50,562 nucleotides of DNA, taken from positions 1 to 50,562 of the IMG/VR virus record IMGVR_UViG_3300011444_000013, one strand, 5' to 3'. Of the stretch, positions 18,130 to 27,948 are shown piece after piece. Origin of the DNA: a virus (lineage: Duplodnaviria > Caudoviricetes). The notes under the pieces were generated by a model. It saw nothing but the letters and a program-made list of their open reading frames with translations. It searched no databases and had not been told where the DNA came from. The first letter of the stretch is position 1. The number at the start of each line of letters is the position of its first letter. The translations under genes and the position numbers were made by a program.

Positions 18130-18260
18130 AACCTGACTACGGTTTCGCACTGCTTTGTTGGAGCATGGTGCTAGGTCCAGCTATTATTGTGGTTGCTACC
18201 GGAAATGTCTGGTTCTTTGCACTCTATCTCATAACTGCTTTGGTTTTTGGGTTGGCCTGA
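18126..18260 (+). CDS. 44-aa hydrophobic protein, absent from the ORF track
   Basis: MKPDYGFALLCWSMVLGPAIIVVATGNVWFFALYLITALVFGLA fills the gap with an ATGA overlap. Confidence 0.55.
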   Translation: MKPDYGFALLCWSMVLGPAIIVVATGNVWFFALYLITALVFGLA

Positions 18261-18261
18261 C

Positions 18262-19683
18262 ATGCCTGTAATGGATATCCTAGGTTCGTTTGCTGATCCG
18301 TTAAACCAAGACCTTGGCGCAGCGAAGTTGGTCAACTGTCGTATCGTGCCACGCAAAGGCGAAGAACAGCGCTTAGGACGTGTGCGTTTGGTTGGCTCAC
18401 CGGGACTGCTGTTAACTTGCAAACCGACTAGCTCACCATGCATTGTATTATGCGAAGCGGTTGGCGCGTTATGGTCAGGTCACGCTAACGGCCAGATATA
18501 TAGTGGAGTTAGTACCGCTTCTCCAACTTTGCAGGGTACCGTAACAGTTGACCCGACGACGCCAATTATTCGGATGGCAGAAGATCGCACAGCGCTGTGC
18601 ATTGCTTCCAACGGCACCGCAAATGGTGGTTTAGGTTCAGGGTATACAGCAACGATTGGTGGCGGTGTTATATTTACCGGATTTCAATCGTCAATTAACT
18701 TCGATCCATCTGCGGTTTGTGAACTGGACAACATCACAGTTTGGGCTGGCGCATCCAACACCTACGCCAATCAATCCGATAAAATGTATTCATCCGATCC
18801 ACTGGCACCCGCTACGGTGCAACCCAATTCATTCGCGACAGCTGAAGCACGCGCGGATGCCGTGCTTGATGTAGTGACGCTCGGACGTACATTCTGGCCG
18901 TTCGGAACGCGATCAGTTGAAATGTGGTACGCGCAAGGTGGCAGCGCTGATTTTGCTTTCGTTGCGTTCACCAATTCGCTGATTGAAGTTGGTCTTGCAG
19001 CGCGCCGCACGCTTGCAAATTTGCACGGCATGGCTATGTGGGTTGGCACTGACCGCCGTATCTGGCTAGGTAAAGGTCAAAGCGGTCAAGCGGTGTCACC
19101 GGGTTGGGTTGATTTGTTGTTACAGCAAACCAACCTAACCACGCTTACATCGTATATGTATGCACAAGGTGGTGATGAATTTTATGTATTGACTAGTGAA
19201 GATGAATGGTCAATCGAAGTTGCAGTTTCAACCATGTCATGGTGCTACCGTCAAACACTTGGGCGGTTAGACCATGCGGGACGTTGCGCGGCTGAACTCG
19301 AAGCTGGTACTAGTTGCGTTGGTTTGGTTACCGGAGAAATTTGCTTCATAGATTTAGCTGATGTAACTGAACCTGCTGGTACTTTGGAGCGCACTATTAG
19401 AACAATGTGGCTTGGCAACGAAGATAACCGCCATGTTATCAACAGCGCGGAAGTTACCAGTTATATGGGACCAAGTGCGGGAACGTTTGTACTTGATTGG
19501 ACCGAAGACGGTACTGTTTATAAAGGTTCGCGCACCATCACATGGCCTGATCCCGGTGTCCGTCGCGCTATTGCTCGCGCCATGGGGACTGCTCGCCGTC
19601 GCCAAATTCGGTTAACGTACAACGGGAGCACAGCACCGTTCGAAGTTGATGAATTTTTCTTGCAAATTAGCAACGGAACTTAA
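18262..19683 (+). CDS. Tail hub/nozzle (P22 gp10-like packaged-DNA stabilization protein)
   Basis: SPGL, FATAEARAD, FGTRSVEMW, GGDEFYVLT and RAMGTARRRQIRL motifs. Confidence 0.85.
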   Translation: MPVMDILGSFADPLNQDLGAAKLVNCRIVPRKGEEQRLGRVRLVGSPGLLLTCKPTSSPCIVLCEAVGALWSGHANGQIYSGVSTASPTLQGTVTVDPTTPIIRMAEDRTALCIASNGTANGGLGSGYTATIGGGVIFTGFQSSINFDPSAVCELDNITVWAGASNTYANQSDKMYSSDPLAPATVQPNSFATAEARADAVLDVVTLGRTFWPFGTRSVEMWYAQGGSADFAFVAFTNSLIEVGLAARRTLANLHGMAMWVGTDRRIWLGKGQSGQAVSPGWVDLLLQQTNLTTLTSYMYAQGGDEFYVLTSEDEWSIEVAVSTMSWCYRQTLGRLDHAGRCAAELEAGTSCVGLVTGEICFIDLADVTEPAGTLERTIRTMWLGNEDNRHVINSAEVTSYMGPSAGTFVLDWTEDGTVYKGSRTITWPDPGVRRAIARAMGTARRRQIRLTYNGSTAPFEVDEFFLQISNGT

Positions 19684-20323
19684 TCATCATTCATACATTG
19701 GCAACCGAATTTCTCGGTAGCCATTCCGCAGTGTACGCAAATGTCATCATTAAACTTTACTGCCTGAAATACGTCTGACCGTTCCTGCCACGGCAACATT
19801 GCTAACTGTGCCATGATATCGACGTAAGCGCGTTGTTGGCGTTCGTTCATGTTGTTTCCCATGGGTATGGCTTTCTGATCCGTTCACTCCCAGCGGGATA
19901 GGTCAAAGACAACCCGCCACCATCCCGCCATTGAACTGTGATGTTGCCTGTGAATGGATTAACGTCAATCACTTTTCCGATGACATTATCCAGTACGGCT
20001 ACCACAGTTTCGTTTATAACATAGTTCATCATTTATTTTTCTCATAATTTTTTCTATGGCCGGGTCTTGTCGCTCAATTATTCCATGACATAGTTTGTGC
20101 GTTTCTTTGTTAAAACGATGAACCATGTTAAAGTTGCGGGGTAAGTGTGAAAATAACTCGCCGCACCTTGAGCACATAGCGGTAGCGTTTAGCGGCATTA
20201 TGTAATGTGACCGTCGTTTCATCTGTGCCACCGTACTGCAAAGGTCACCTTTCCCTTCTTGTCTTGTTCTGCTACGATGTCATAATCTGGTCCAGCGACC
20301 ACAATTTCACCGGGGCGGTACAT
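19680..20323 (-). CDS. Cluster of four small leftward ORFs (19680-19850/62, 19847-20032, 19986-20231, 20219-20323)
   Basis: Chain of overlapping small ORFs, two with CxxC motifs; individual starts uncertain. Confidence 0.5.
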
Positions 20324-20735
20324 GGCAACGCCAGTTCTCAGTAGAGTACCCCCGCCGCCAGTTCTAGCGGTCAACGATCCTGCGTTTAATAAATGGCTCA
20401 TTGATCTTACCAACTTCATCAACAGTGGGGGTGGTGGAATTGATCCGTCTCTTATACCGGGTTACAATGCGCTTGTCGCTACCGTAAACCTACATACAAC
20501 ACAGATTTCTTCCTTAACGGTTAACGTAGCCGCAAACACTTCTCATATTGCTACGTTGACCACAAACGTCGCCACGCTGAACACGAACGTTGCCGCTTTG
20601 AATGCTCGGCCTATTGTTCGTAACGGTACCGTTGCGCCCGGTGCCGGGCTAGGCGGTAACAATGATTGGTACGCGGACACGGTAGCCAAGCATATCTACG
20701 TCAAGGTAACCGGGGCTTGGGTGCTGATTGTTTAA
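20322..20735 (+). CDS. Tail needle (P22 gp26-like)
   Basis: Heptad coiled coil VATVNLHTTQISSLTVNVAANTSHIATLTTNVATLNTNVAALN with a C-terminal knob (DWYAD...IYVK..GAW). Confidence 0.7.
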   Translation: MATPVLSRVPPPPVLAVNDPAFNKWLIDLTNFINSGGGGIDPSLIPGYNALVATVNLHTTQISSLTVNVAANTSHIATLTTNVATLNTNVAALNARPIVRNGTVAPGAGLGGNNDWYADTVAKHIYVKVTGAWVLIV

Positions 20736-21169
20736 TAATAAAACAACATAATTCCGGTAACCAAACTTTTGAATTGGTCTAACGTGCGGCATAGATGATA
20801 CTCACCACCAGCTTCTCGCCACAGGTATTCAAACGTACATTGATCGTATGATTGTTTACCGTCGCTATCTTTTAGCTCAATAGCAATCTTGCGATTTGGT
20901 GTGAAGCAAAGGAAGTCTGCCACACCGGGCATCACTCCCATGCGTTGAAGCTTTTTCGCTACCGCAATGTGTCGGTGCTCACCATTCGGAACATGGAAAA
21001 TCAACAGCCCTTTGGTTTCTTTCCGCAACCATTGGCACGCGTGCATGTGCAGTGCGTTTTCGCTAAAGTCTTCAGGTGGCGGAATTATCTTTGTATTTTT
21101 CTTGCCAACCCTTTTAGAGCTAGCTCGTTTACGTGTTTTGACCAATCGTTTTTTGCGGTGTTCCACCAT
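20732..21169 (-). CDS. VRR-NUC endonuclease
   Basis: SENALH...FHVPNG...GVMPGVADF...IELK...GKQS..Q; start uncertain. Confidence 0.85.
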   Translation of the reverse strand: MVEHRKKRLVKTRKRASSKRVGKKNTKIIPPPEDFSENALHMHACQWLRKETKGLLIFHVPNGEHRHIAVAKKLQRMGVMPGVADFLCFTPNRKIAIELKDSDGKQSYDQCTFEYLWREAGGEYHLCRTLDQFKSLVTGIMLFYY

Positions 21170-21609
21170 ACCGATACTACCTCTATATTTTCGCGGATGT
21201 ACCCGGCTCCCGGTATAATTTGGTCTATCGACGGTGCCCACGGATTTTTATAAGAACCATCTGAAGCCGGTCCTAAATCGAATGGAACGCCCGTATATGG
21301 ACAGTAACCAGCGAGTAGCATTGGCAGAACGTCGCTATCATTTATGTTAAATTCGTATCCTTTAACTCTAGCTCTGTTTCTCGCGTTGCTCAAAAGTATT
21401 TTGATACGACCGGCTGGTGTTGACGCGTAGACTTGTCGCTGTTTCTTTATGCCGTCTAAGCGTTTTAGTCTGGAAACTTTAGATTGGTGCTTAACGAGTT
21501 CTTTATTGTTTTGATAGTACGCCATGCTTTGTTTACGAATTTTGTCTATGTTTTTGCAGTACCGTAATTTATCACGTTGTCGTCTTCGTTCTTTTTGTTC
21601 ATCATTCAT
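21085..21609 (-). CDS. Degenerate HNH-like endonuclease
   Basis: CPYTG...PSIDQIIPGAGY..ENIEVV...N..K with a basic N-terminus. Confidence 0.7.
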   Translation of the reverse strand: MNDEQKERRRQRDKLRYCKNIDKIRKQSMAYYQNNKELVKHQSKVSRLKRLDGIKKQRQVYASTPAGRIKILLSNARNRARVKGYEFNINDSDVLPMLLAGYCPYTGVPFDLGPASDGSYKNPWAPSIDQIIPGAGYIRENIEVVSVWWNTAKNDWSKHVNELALKGLARKIQR

Positions 21610-21797
21610 TGTGGAGGTTGCAAACCCTGAAGTACGCACTCTTTCTCGCGCGCTTCAATCCACGGGATAATGGCGGCTTTGACGGCTTCCGCGCGGCTTT
21701 CGACGCTTTCATGGTTCCTCACTAGCCAATCAAGCCGTAGCGCGAGCCCAAGGCTCACGCGGCCCGAAACGACCGCTGTTTTTCGGGATTTCTTCAT
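21606..21797 (-). CDS. Ribbon-helix-helix-like regulator
   Basis: AVVSGRV strand, then LRLD and SRAEAVKAAI helices. Confidence 0.6.
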   Translation of the reverse strand: MKKSRKTAVVSGRVSLGLALRLDWLVRNHESVESRAEAVKAAIIPWIEAREKECVLQGLQPPQ

Positions 21798-21807
21798 GCT
21801 AGACTAG

Positions 21808-21836
21808 TGTCTACCACTAAACTGTATACAGGTCAA
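21808..21836 (-). promoter_or_regulatory. Sigma70-like promoter of the RHH gene with TGTATACA in the spacer
   Basis: TTGACC-17-TAGACA, 10 nt upstream of the ATG. Confidence 0.55.
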
Positions 21837-21856
21837 CCACCGCAAGGTTTGTAACC

Positions 21857-22534
21857 ATGGGACTTTTTGACGGTATCGGGCAGGCACTCGGAGGGCTGTT
21901 TGGCGGCCTGTCCAGCCTTGCTGCTACGCAAGCCGGTGTCGGGGCTGTAGGCGGCATGACAGGCATCGGAGCGCAGGAGCTAGACCCATATAATCAACAG
22001 GGGCAGTCATTTATTCCCGGCATCAGTGACACGCTGACGGGCTCTGGTGCGGGTTCTAACGCCATTGGTATGGGGCGGATCAACGCAGCTGGCAACCCAA
22101 CCGATTTTCAGGATTTTGCCAAAAATTATAACACGTCCGAAGGCGCGCAATACCTCATGAACACGGCGCGAGCCGCGCAAGACAACAGCGCGACTGCACG
22201 GGGCGGTCTTCTGTCTGGTGCCAATCTCCGGGCACAAACCGGGATCGCTGAAGGTATCGCCAATCAGGATTTGCTAGGCCAGTTCCAAGCCACGGAAAGC
22301 GGACAGCAGCAGGATTTTAACCAGAGGCAAGCGTCTTACCAAAATCTATACGGGCAGGAAGCGCTAGGGGAGCAAGCTGGACTTGGGCAAGCTGGCACGT
22401 TTGCCCAAGGTGCTCGCGCTATTGGTTCACTTTATGGCGGGTTGGCAAATCAGACTGCTACTGCCGGTAACAATTTTGGTAGCGGCTTAGGCAGTTTGTT
22501 TTCCGGTATCTTGGGCAGCTTTTTCAAACCTTGA
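21857..22534 (+). CDS. DNA ejection protein (P22 gp7-like)
   Basis: LDPYNQQG...GAQY...SATARGGLLSGANLRA; Gly-rich ends. Confidence 0.8.
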   Translation: MGLFDGIGQALGGLFGGLSSLAATQAGVGAVGGMTGIGAQELDPYNQQGQSFIPGISDTLTGSGAGSNAIGMGRINAAGNPTDFQDFAKNYNTSEGAQYLMNTARAAQDNSATARGGLLSGANLRAQTGIAEGIANQDLLGQFQATESGQQQDFNQRQASYQNLYGQEALGEQAGLGQAGTFAQGARAIGSLYGGLANQTATAGNNFGSGLGSLFSGILGSFFKP

Positions 22535-22721
22535 TAAAAGGTCGCACAAATACCGCGTAAACTCGTTCGCCAGCCACAAAGTCCATTTCGTCTCGTATCT
22601 CACACGCGCGTATAGCGGAGCCTCTGTTTAAAAAGTGCATTAAAGCCATGCGCTGGTAAGCAATAGCTGCCTCCCATGTGTCAAACACATCCTGAAAAAT
22701 AGCTGGCTCGTTTTCGTTCAT
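22524..22721 (-). CDS. Small hypothetical protein
   Basis: ORF at the end of the leftward operon. Confidence 0.5.
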   Translation of the reverse strand: MNENEPAIFQDVFDTWEAAIAYQRMALMHFLNRGSAIRACEIRDEMDFVAGERVYAVFVRPFIKV

Positions 22722-22723
22722 CG

Positions 22724-22984
22724 CTATTTTCTACGACGCGTCAATTCCGTCATGATGGAAGTTCGCATAAAATCAGCCTGACCTTCGTCAGCTTTTAACG
22801 CGCTGTGAACACGCTTCAGTGTGCCTTTTGGCATGCGAACCAAAGTCATGTCGGGATACATGAACGGACGGCCAACTGCTTTCTTTTTCGTTTTTACAAC
22901 TTTTGCTTTCTTGGCTGCAATCTCGCTCGGACGCGGCTTGCGGGGCGGCTTCTTTACGGGAACGGCAATTTCAACATCAGTCAT
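22724..22984 (-). CDS. Basic RHH-like DNA-binding protein
   Basis: ATG 22984 overlaps the polymerase stop; Lys-rich tail, GRP, TLVRMP strand and ADFMR helix. Confidence 0.6.
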   Translation of the reverse strand: MTDVEIAVPVKKPPRKPRPSEIAAKKAKVVKTKKKAVGRPFMYPDMTLVRMPKGTLKRVHSALKADEGQADFMRTSIMTELTRRRK

Positions 22985-24882
22985 TTTTTCATCCTTGGGG
23001 CGGAATAGCCCTCTGCGTCTAATGGCAGTCCTTCGGTCCATGATCGTTGTCGCCGCATGATAGCGCGCATTTGTTCTTCACGCTGCTTTGCAACTTCAAT
23101 TGGTGCCAATGCTACGATACTGTCATAAACATCTAAAAGAAGTACGGTATCTGGCATTTCTTTCTCGATATCGCTTTCACAAGCAGTAATAACATCGCGC
23201 GTCATGGCTTGGCAAGAGATTTCCAGCAAGCTACCACCAAAAACCTTTTGTGGTAACATCGCGCCAAATTTGGCACGAAAAAACCCCATGTTGCCGTCTT
23301 GCCCAACAAAGCAGGAATAATGCGGGATGCTGCGGCCGCTCGGCAGCGTCATCCAAATGGTAGTACCGTCTTTGAACAACGATATCTTGCCAGCGAAAAA
23401 ATATCGTCCGGGCGGTTCGTACAGGCAATTGTAAAAAGCTGTTTTCAGATGCTCCCATAGCGCGGTTAGCAATGGATTGGCACGTCTATAATTCTTGATA
23501 TCATCCTGCGCCTTGATATCGGAAACAGGCGTGCCAATCCTGCGCATGTGCGCTTTGTACGTCTTCCACCCCAATTGATAGTTGCCACCTAGCGTGGTGG
23601 TTTTCCCGTTGAAACGTTCTGTTGGGTGAGTGTCTTTTGTGGCTTCCTTGGGCAGTCCCCACATAGTGATAGCGTTGTGCATGTAGAGATCGCCGGAACC
23701 TGCGAGAATACCCAACCGTTCGGTGTCACCAGACTGCCACAGCGCGAGACGTAGCTCCGCGTTGGATAAATCGTTGTCGATAACCATCCAACCATGTGGA
23801 GCGACAATACAACCGCGTAATGCGTCGGTAAGAGCGGTGTTGTCATATTTAAATCCTGCTTTTAGCCCTTGAATTACGTTTTCAACGTTGTACTTGCCGG
23901 ATGGCCGCGCAATATTGAACATATTGGCACCTTCACTGGTACCACGTCCTGATCGCGCCCCATAGTATCGCGTGGCGTCCTTGTACCAACCGCTAACATG
24001 TCTGTTCAACAGGGCTTGTGCTTTCGTTGGCGCGCTGCCGCCACTCTCCTGCAAAATTTCCAAAACATTACGCACGTCAGGGTGCGTGTCGGGATTTTCA
24101 AGGGCTTCTGCAACTTCATGTTTTTTAGTTCCGGGTAAATTTGCACCAAGATTATTTGCCCAACCGATAATGCGCTGCCGTTGCGTAACTTTCTCAACAG
24201 CACCGTTGGTTAGCTCCATCAGCTGTTCAGATGTTTCGTGTTCAATTTCGTTACGGCGCGCTGCGATAGCAATAGCCAAGTCAAGATCAATTGGCAACCC
24301 GATATCGTTTTTACGCCATGACCGCTCGAATATGCTGCGTTCGTTTGGACCTAATTCCGGTAATAATTTGTCAATGGTCATCAGACAGGTAACGTCTCTT
24401 ATATTATATTCAATCAGTTCCTTGAAAACTTGAACATCCTCGCAAAACGTTCCGTCACGTTGCGGCTTGCATGTCTTATCCACCAGCTGGCGGCCACGTG
24501 GGTCTTTGCCCTGAACGTTCAATGTGCTGCACAGCGTTTCCAAACTTCCCGGCAGCGAAAGCGATTGTGCTCGCGCCATGGTGCAGGAAATTTTTGATAC
24601 CGGTATGTTGTTTCCCAAAATGTTTGCGTCAAAGTTTGCATGATGCGCAACAAAGCGACTACATGCCGTCAAGTCGATATACAGTTGCGATATTGGATGC
24701 GTTCCCAAGAACGGATGCACCGGGCAGGCAGTTTTCATGGTACCTTGAAAATACCAGACAGCGCTTGTGATTTGAGTTGAAGTGTCAGCTGCATACCGCC
24801 GCGCCCCTGATTTTTTCAAATCTATCCGGCTTCGCGTTTCGAGATCAGCCCAAAGGTCAAGCATTTGAGTTATCTTCGGCAA
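22981..24882 (-). CDS. polA: DNA polymerase family A with 3'-5' exonuclease
   Basis: Exo I DLET, Exo II HANFD, Exo III YNIRD; motif A DLSNAELR; motif B R...K...L...YQ; motif C VYDS. Confidence 0.93.
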   Translation of the reverse strand: MPKITQMLDLWADLETRSRIDLKKSGARRYAADTSTQITSAVWYFQGTMKTACPVHPFLGTHPISQLYIDLTACSRFVAHHANFDANILGNNIPVSKISCTMARAQSLSLPGSLETLCSTLNVQGKDPRGRQLVDKTCKPQRDGTFCEDVQVFKELIEYNIRDVTCLMTIDKLLPELGPNERSIFERSWRKNDIGLPIDLDLAIAIAARRNEIEHETSEQLMELTNGAVEKVTQRQRIIGWANNLGANLPGTKKHEVAEALENPDTHPDVRNVLEILQESGGSAPTKAQALLNRHVSGWYKDATRYYGARSGRGTSEGANMFNIARPSGKYNVENVIQGLKAGFKYDNTALTDALRGCIVAPHGWMVIDNDLSNAELRLALWQSGDTERLGILAGSGDLYMHNAITMWGLPKEATKDTHPTERFNGKTTTLGGNYQLGWKTYKAHMRRIGTPVSDIKAQDDIKNYRRANPLLTALWEHLKTAFYNCLYEPPGRYFFAGKISLFKDGTTIWMTLPSGRSIPHYSCFVGQDGNMGFFRAKFGAMLPQKVFGGSLLEISCQAMTRDVITACESDIEKEMPDTVLLLDVYDSIVALAPIEVAKQREEQMRAIMRRQRSWTEGLPLDAEGYSAPRMKK

Positions 24883-25060
24883 CTTCAGCTATCAGTCTGT
24901 TTTCAATTTTGCATGCGAGCATAATCAGGCGTTGCTGTTTTTCCAGCAATTCGATCATTTCACCATGTATGTGCTTCAGTTCTTCTTTGAAATTTGAAGC
25001 GTGATGCAATGCCTTGCGCCGATTGCGCGGGCTGGAACTATGGCGGACAGGAATGCTCAT
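24857..25060 (-). CDS. Small coiled-coil protein
   Basis: GAGG RBS; overlaps the polymerase start. Confidence 0.5.
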   Translation of the reverse strand: MSIPVRHSSSPRNRRKALHHASNFKEELKHIHGEMIELLEKQQRLIMLACKIENRLIAEVAEDNSNA

Positions 25061-25080
25061 TTTTGCCCTCTAAAGTGCTA

Positions 25081-25112
25081 CCCCCGGAGGACAGCAAACA
25101 AACCTCCGGGGG
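25081..25112 (-). terminator. GC-rich hairpin after the SSB gene
   Basis: CCCCCGGAGG...CCTCCGGGGG 10-bp stem; weak U-tract. Confidence 0.55.
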
Positions 25113-25138
25113 CGCTCCACCGCTTCGCTGGCTGACCT

Positions 25139-25933
25139 TCAGCGCTGCGGGAAACCGGACGGTGGCGTAAACCCGCTCGGTGTGGCAAACTGACCCTGTG
25201 GCGGCTGTAGGGGCGCAGGGGCACCACCGAAACCACTAGAAGGGAATGCCGCATTTTGGACCGGGAGGGCAGTCGCAGCGGCAGGGCTTCCTGTCATCGG
25301 GGCAAATCCTGCCGGTTGGGTAAAACCCGGCTGCGGTGAGGCCCCAAACCCGGTCACGTTCAACCCCTGCGCCTTGGCCTGCGCCATCAGTTCAGAACTG
25401 CTGATGCTGTTGCTGACTGCAATTTCTTCACCGGGACCAAGAAACAGTACGCTGTTGATATAAATCTTGACAGCGTTGGGCGTGTTACCGTTGACCGCCA
25501 GCGCCATGCCGACAGCGCAATAGTCGCCGGGTTTGACTAGCGCACGATTGCTGATTTTCACCGGTACGCCAGCTTGCACAATGTTGGTTTCGATAACTGA
25601 CGAAGATGAACCACTGACAAACCAGTGATTGCGCGCCCATTCAATTGGCGGTTTACCATGCTCGGGCGGCAAATCACCATCCTTAACTGGCCAAACGATT
25701 TGCGGCAACGGAAACTGTGCCATAGCCTGCTGATACAGTTCATTGGCAGCTGCGGTGAAGCCCGCGAAGTTTGGTTCTTCGGACCAATGACCGCGTGTCT
25801 TCGGAACGATGAACGAGAATAGCCAGTTTGGCTTTTGCGGCTTACCTTTGTATTCTGTGGAGGGTTCCCACAGATTGCGAAGCCCGGTCGCGCGACCGTT
25901 GAAGATAGTGGTCTGTTTATAAATACGTGCCAT
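25139..25933 (-). CDS. Single-stranded DNA-binding protein (gp2.5/DUF2815-like)
   Basis: LWEP...PVKDGD...KPGDY...KIYINSVLFLGPGE; upstream of polA. Confidence 0.75.
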   Translation of the reverse strand: MARIYKQTTIFNGRATGLRNLWEPSTEYKGKPQKPNWLFSFIVPKTRGHWSEEPNFAGFTAAANELYQQAMAQFPLPQIVWPVKDGDLPPEHGKPPIEWARNHWFVSGSSSSVIETNIVQAGVPVKISNRALVKPGDYCAVGMALAVNGNTPNAVKIYINSVLFLGPGEEIAVSNSISSSELMAQAKAQGLNVTGFGASPQPGFTQPAGFAPMTGSPAAATALPVQNAAFPSSGFGGAPAPLQPPQGQFATPSGFTPPSGFPQR

Positions 25934-25979
25934 TTCAAGTTTCCTTTTTCACGGTTTCAAGTTGCAAGTTAACGGTATC

Positions 25980-26007
25980 AGTTTAGACTATCAAAAGCTA
26001 TTGTCAA
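25980..26007 (-). promoter_or_regulatory. Sigma70-like promoter for the SSB-polA operon
   Basis: TTGACA-16-TAAACT. Confidence 0.6.
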
Positions 26008-26008
26008 C

Positions 26009-26236
26009 TCACAAATCAGGTATCTTTTTAACAGGCCATGCTTTCATGCGTTTGGCGTGTTCATCAGTTAATTCAGCCAACAATTGCTGTCCAATTAGTG
26101 AAGCGCAAAACGAATAAATTTTTACGACGTGCCAAGCAAGTTTATCTTGTGCTCGTAACAGAAAAACTGGTTCGTCTTCCGGTATTATACCGGCGGGGTC
26201 TTGAATGCGATCATAGTCGGCGCGAGCGTGTTTCAT
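26009..26236 (-). CDS. Small conserved phage protein (DEPVFLLRAQD)
   Basis: Recognisable motif; coupled to the nuclease gene. Confidence 0.7.
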   Translation of the reverse strand: MKHARADYDRIQDPAGIIPEDEPVFLLRAQDKLAWHVVKIYSFCASLIGQQLLAELTDEHAKRMKAWPVKKIPDL

Positions 26237-27264
26237 TAGTAACTCACTTTCTGTTCGCCTTCAGGTTTGTGACTGGCAATCGCAACATAAGCAGCCGCGT
26301 CCGGTGATAGTTTCTTGGCGGCAGCTGGCGTTACCGGCTTGACACCTTTGTGTCCGTGCATCTGGTAGAGTTTTTCAGCTGCCTGCCGTTCGTCATTCCA
26401 AGTTGTCCATTTTGTACCTATTTTCAATTCGGTGCCGGGAACTTGCGCACCAGCTTTCAAACGTTCAGTAAGAATGTTTTCCAAATGCGCTTTCATGTCC
26501 GATACCGCTCGGATGATCCGCAGCATACGCAGTAACTCATGTGGCAGCAACATATCCGGGTTGCGCGAAATAGCGGCCATCATAAAGTTTGCATCCTGTG
26601 ACATGACCGGGCAGCGCGAAAATGCGGGGCACCAGCGACAGTGCGGACCGGGCAACGGCGGTCCCTCGTAGGCCATTGCACTTAATACTAGCTGACGGTG
26701 TGCTTCAACTTCAGCGCGGCTATGAACATGCTGTTTGAAACCATCTTGTTCATCCGGACGTGTACCAGCTGCCCAACTATTAGGTTGAAAAATTATAACA
26801 CGAAACCACTGTGCTGCGGGGTTGGCGTCCAAGAACGTCGCGGCATAGGTCAGCGCTTGCTTGTTATTCTTCGCTTCGACATCCCACGAACCGTTTTTGT
26901 AATCGCCAACCGTGATAATATCTTGCGTGACGTGACCAATATCGAGTTGCCCCCAACATCCCTTCGCCAGCACCACGCGTTCCTCAATCAACAACTTGCC
27001 GCCGCCTAGCTGGCGAACATAATCCTGCATATAGCGGGCTACGTCATGATCCGACATATTCTTGCCGGGCGGTATCCAAGGTGCAAGCGGTGCTGGTAGT
27101 TCGCCAGTCTGCAATGCACGCTGCACCACGCCATGAACGCGCGTACCTTCCTGTGCGGCCTCGCTGGTGCGTTCTGGTAAACCTTGTGACAGCGTTGCGG
27201 ACGGCGGGCATGCGGTCCAGCGCGCAGCTGAAGACGGAGCGAATATGGCGTGACCAGGGATCAT
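26236..27264 (-). CDS. Cas4-like PD-(D/E)XK exonuclease (DUF2800-like)
   Basis: APSS..RW..CP, EGTRVH, GQLD, DYK, Q...YA and C-terminal CRWC.....C. Confidence 0.85.
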   Translation of the reverse strand: MIPGHAIFAPSSAARWTACPPSATLSQGLPERTSEAAQEGTRVHGVVQRALQTGELPAPLAPWIPPGKNMSDHDVARYMQDYVRQLGGGKLLIEERVVLAKGCWGQLDIGHVTQDIITVGDYKNGSWDVEAKNNKQALTYAATFLDANPAAQWFRVIIFQPNSWAAGTRPDEQDGFKQHVHSRAEVEAHRQLVLSAMAYEGPPLPGPHCRWCPAFSRCPVMSQDANFMMAAISRNPDMLLPHELLRMLRIIRAVSDMKAHLENILTERLKAGAQVPGTELKIGTKWTTWNDERQAAEKLYQMHGHKGVKPVTPAAAKKLSPDAAAYVAIASHKPEGEQKVSY

Positions 27265-27513
27265 TTATTAACATCATTCAACTTGTTAGCTATGACGATA
27301 GCTTGCTGTTCTGGTGTGCTTGTGCAGTCTTTTGTTGGGTGCACTGTCAAAAATAATTCTTCGGAACCTGTTTCGTTTGGATGGCAATAATAAATTTTAT
27401 CTTCTTTAGCTATGTACATGGTACCCTCAAAAATTGTCCCTGTCCACGTTCACGATACCGGATTTGCTCGTTACTGACAGGTTTACTTATTCGTTAAATA
27501 AGCAACGACTTCG

Positions 27514-27924
27514 TTAAACCGGAATGCCAACTTGTTGCGCAAGCTGTTTCAACTGCGGTTCAGCAAGCCGGGGGATAAAGACTTGTTTGATCTGATCCAG
27601 CGTAGCAGCCGCCGCGTCAGGTCCAAGCAGATTGCGGAACCAGTTGGTAATCTGTTCAGCATTCTGGCCGCTAGCGAGTGCGCCATCCAATTTGACAATG
27701 ATTTGCCCAACCAGTGGGTTAGTACCGGAATTTGCACCGGGGAAACCCGGCACGGCAGCAACTGGCGCAGTGAAGCCTGTGTTGATGACAGGCATCACAG
27801 GCTGACCGCCAACCGGCGCAGCAGCAACTTCATCAGCTTGTTCATCTTTTCCCTTGCCACGCGTTCCCTTCAACGCGGCCATGAACGTCTTCACTTCATC
27901 AATGCTGTCAAAACACAATTTCAT
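27514..27924 (-). CDS. Hypothetical replication-module protein
   Basis: AGGAG RBS; 136 aa. Confidence 0.65.
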   Translation of the reverse strand: MKLCFDSIDEVKTFMAALKGTRGKGKDEQADEVAAAPVGGQPVMPVINTGFTAPVAAVPGFPGANSGTNPLVGQIIVKLDGALASGQNAEQITNWFRNLLGPDAAAATLDQIKQVFIPRLAEPQLKQLAQQVGIPV

Positions 27925-27948
27925 GTTTTAGCTCCTGTTTTTAAGGGA

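Noticed and set aside
26236-27264. Cas4-like gene as a CRISPR-Cas system
   Set aside because: No array or other cas genes seen; it sits in the usual SSB-polA replication context.
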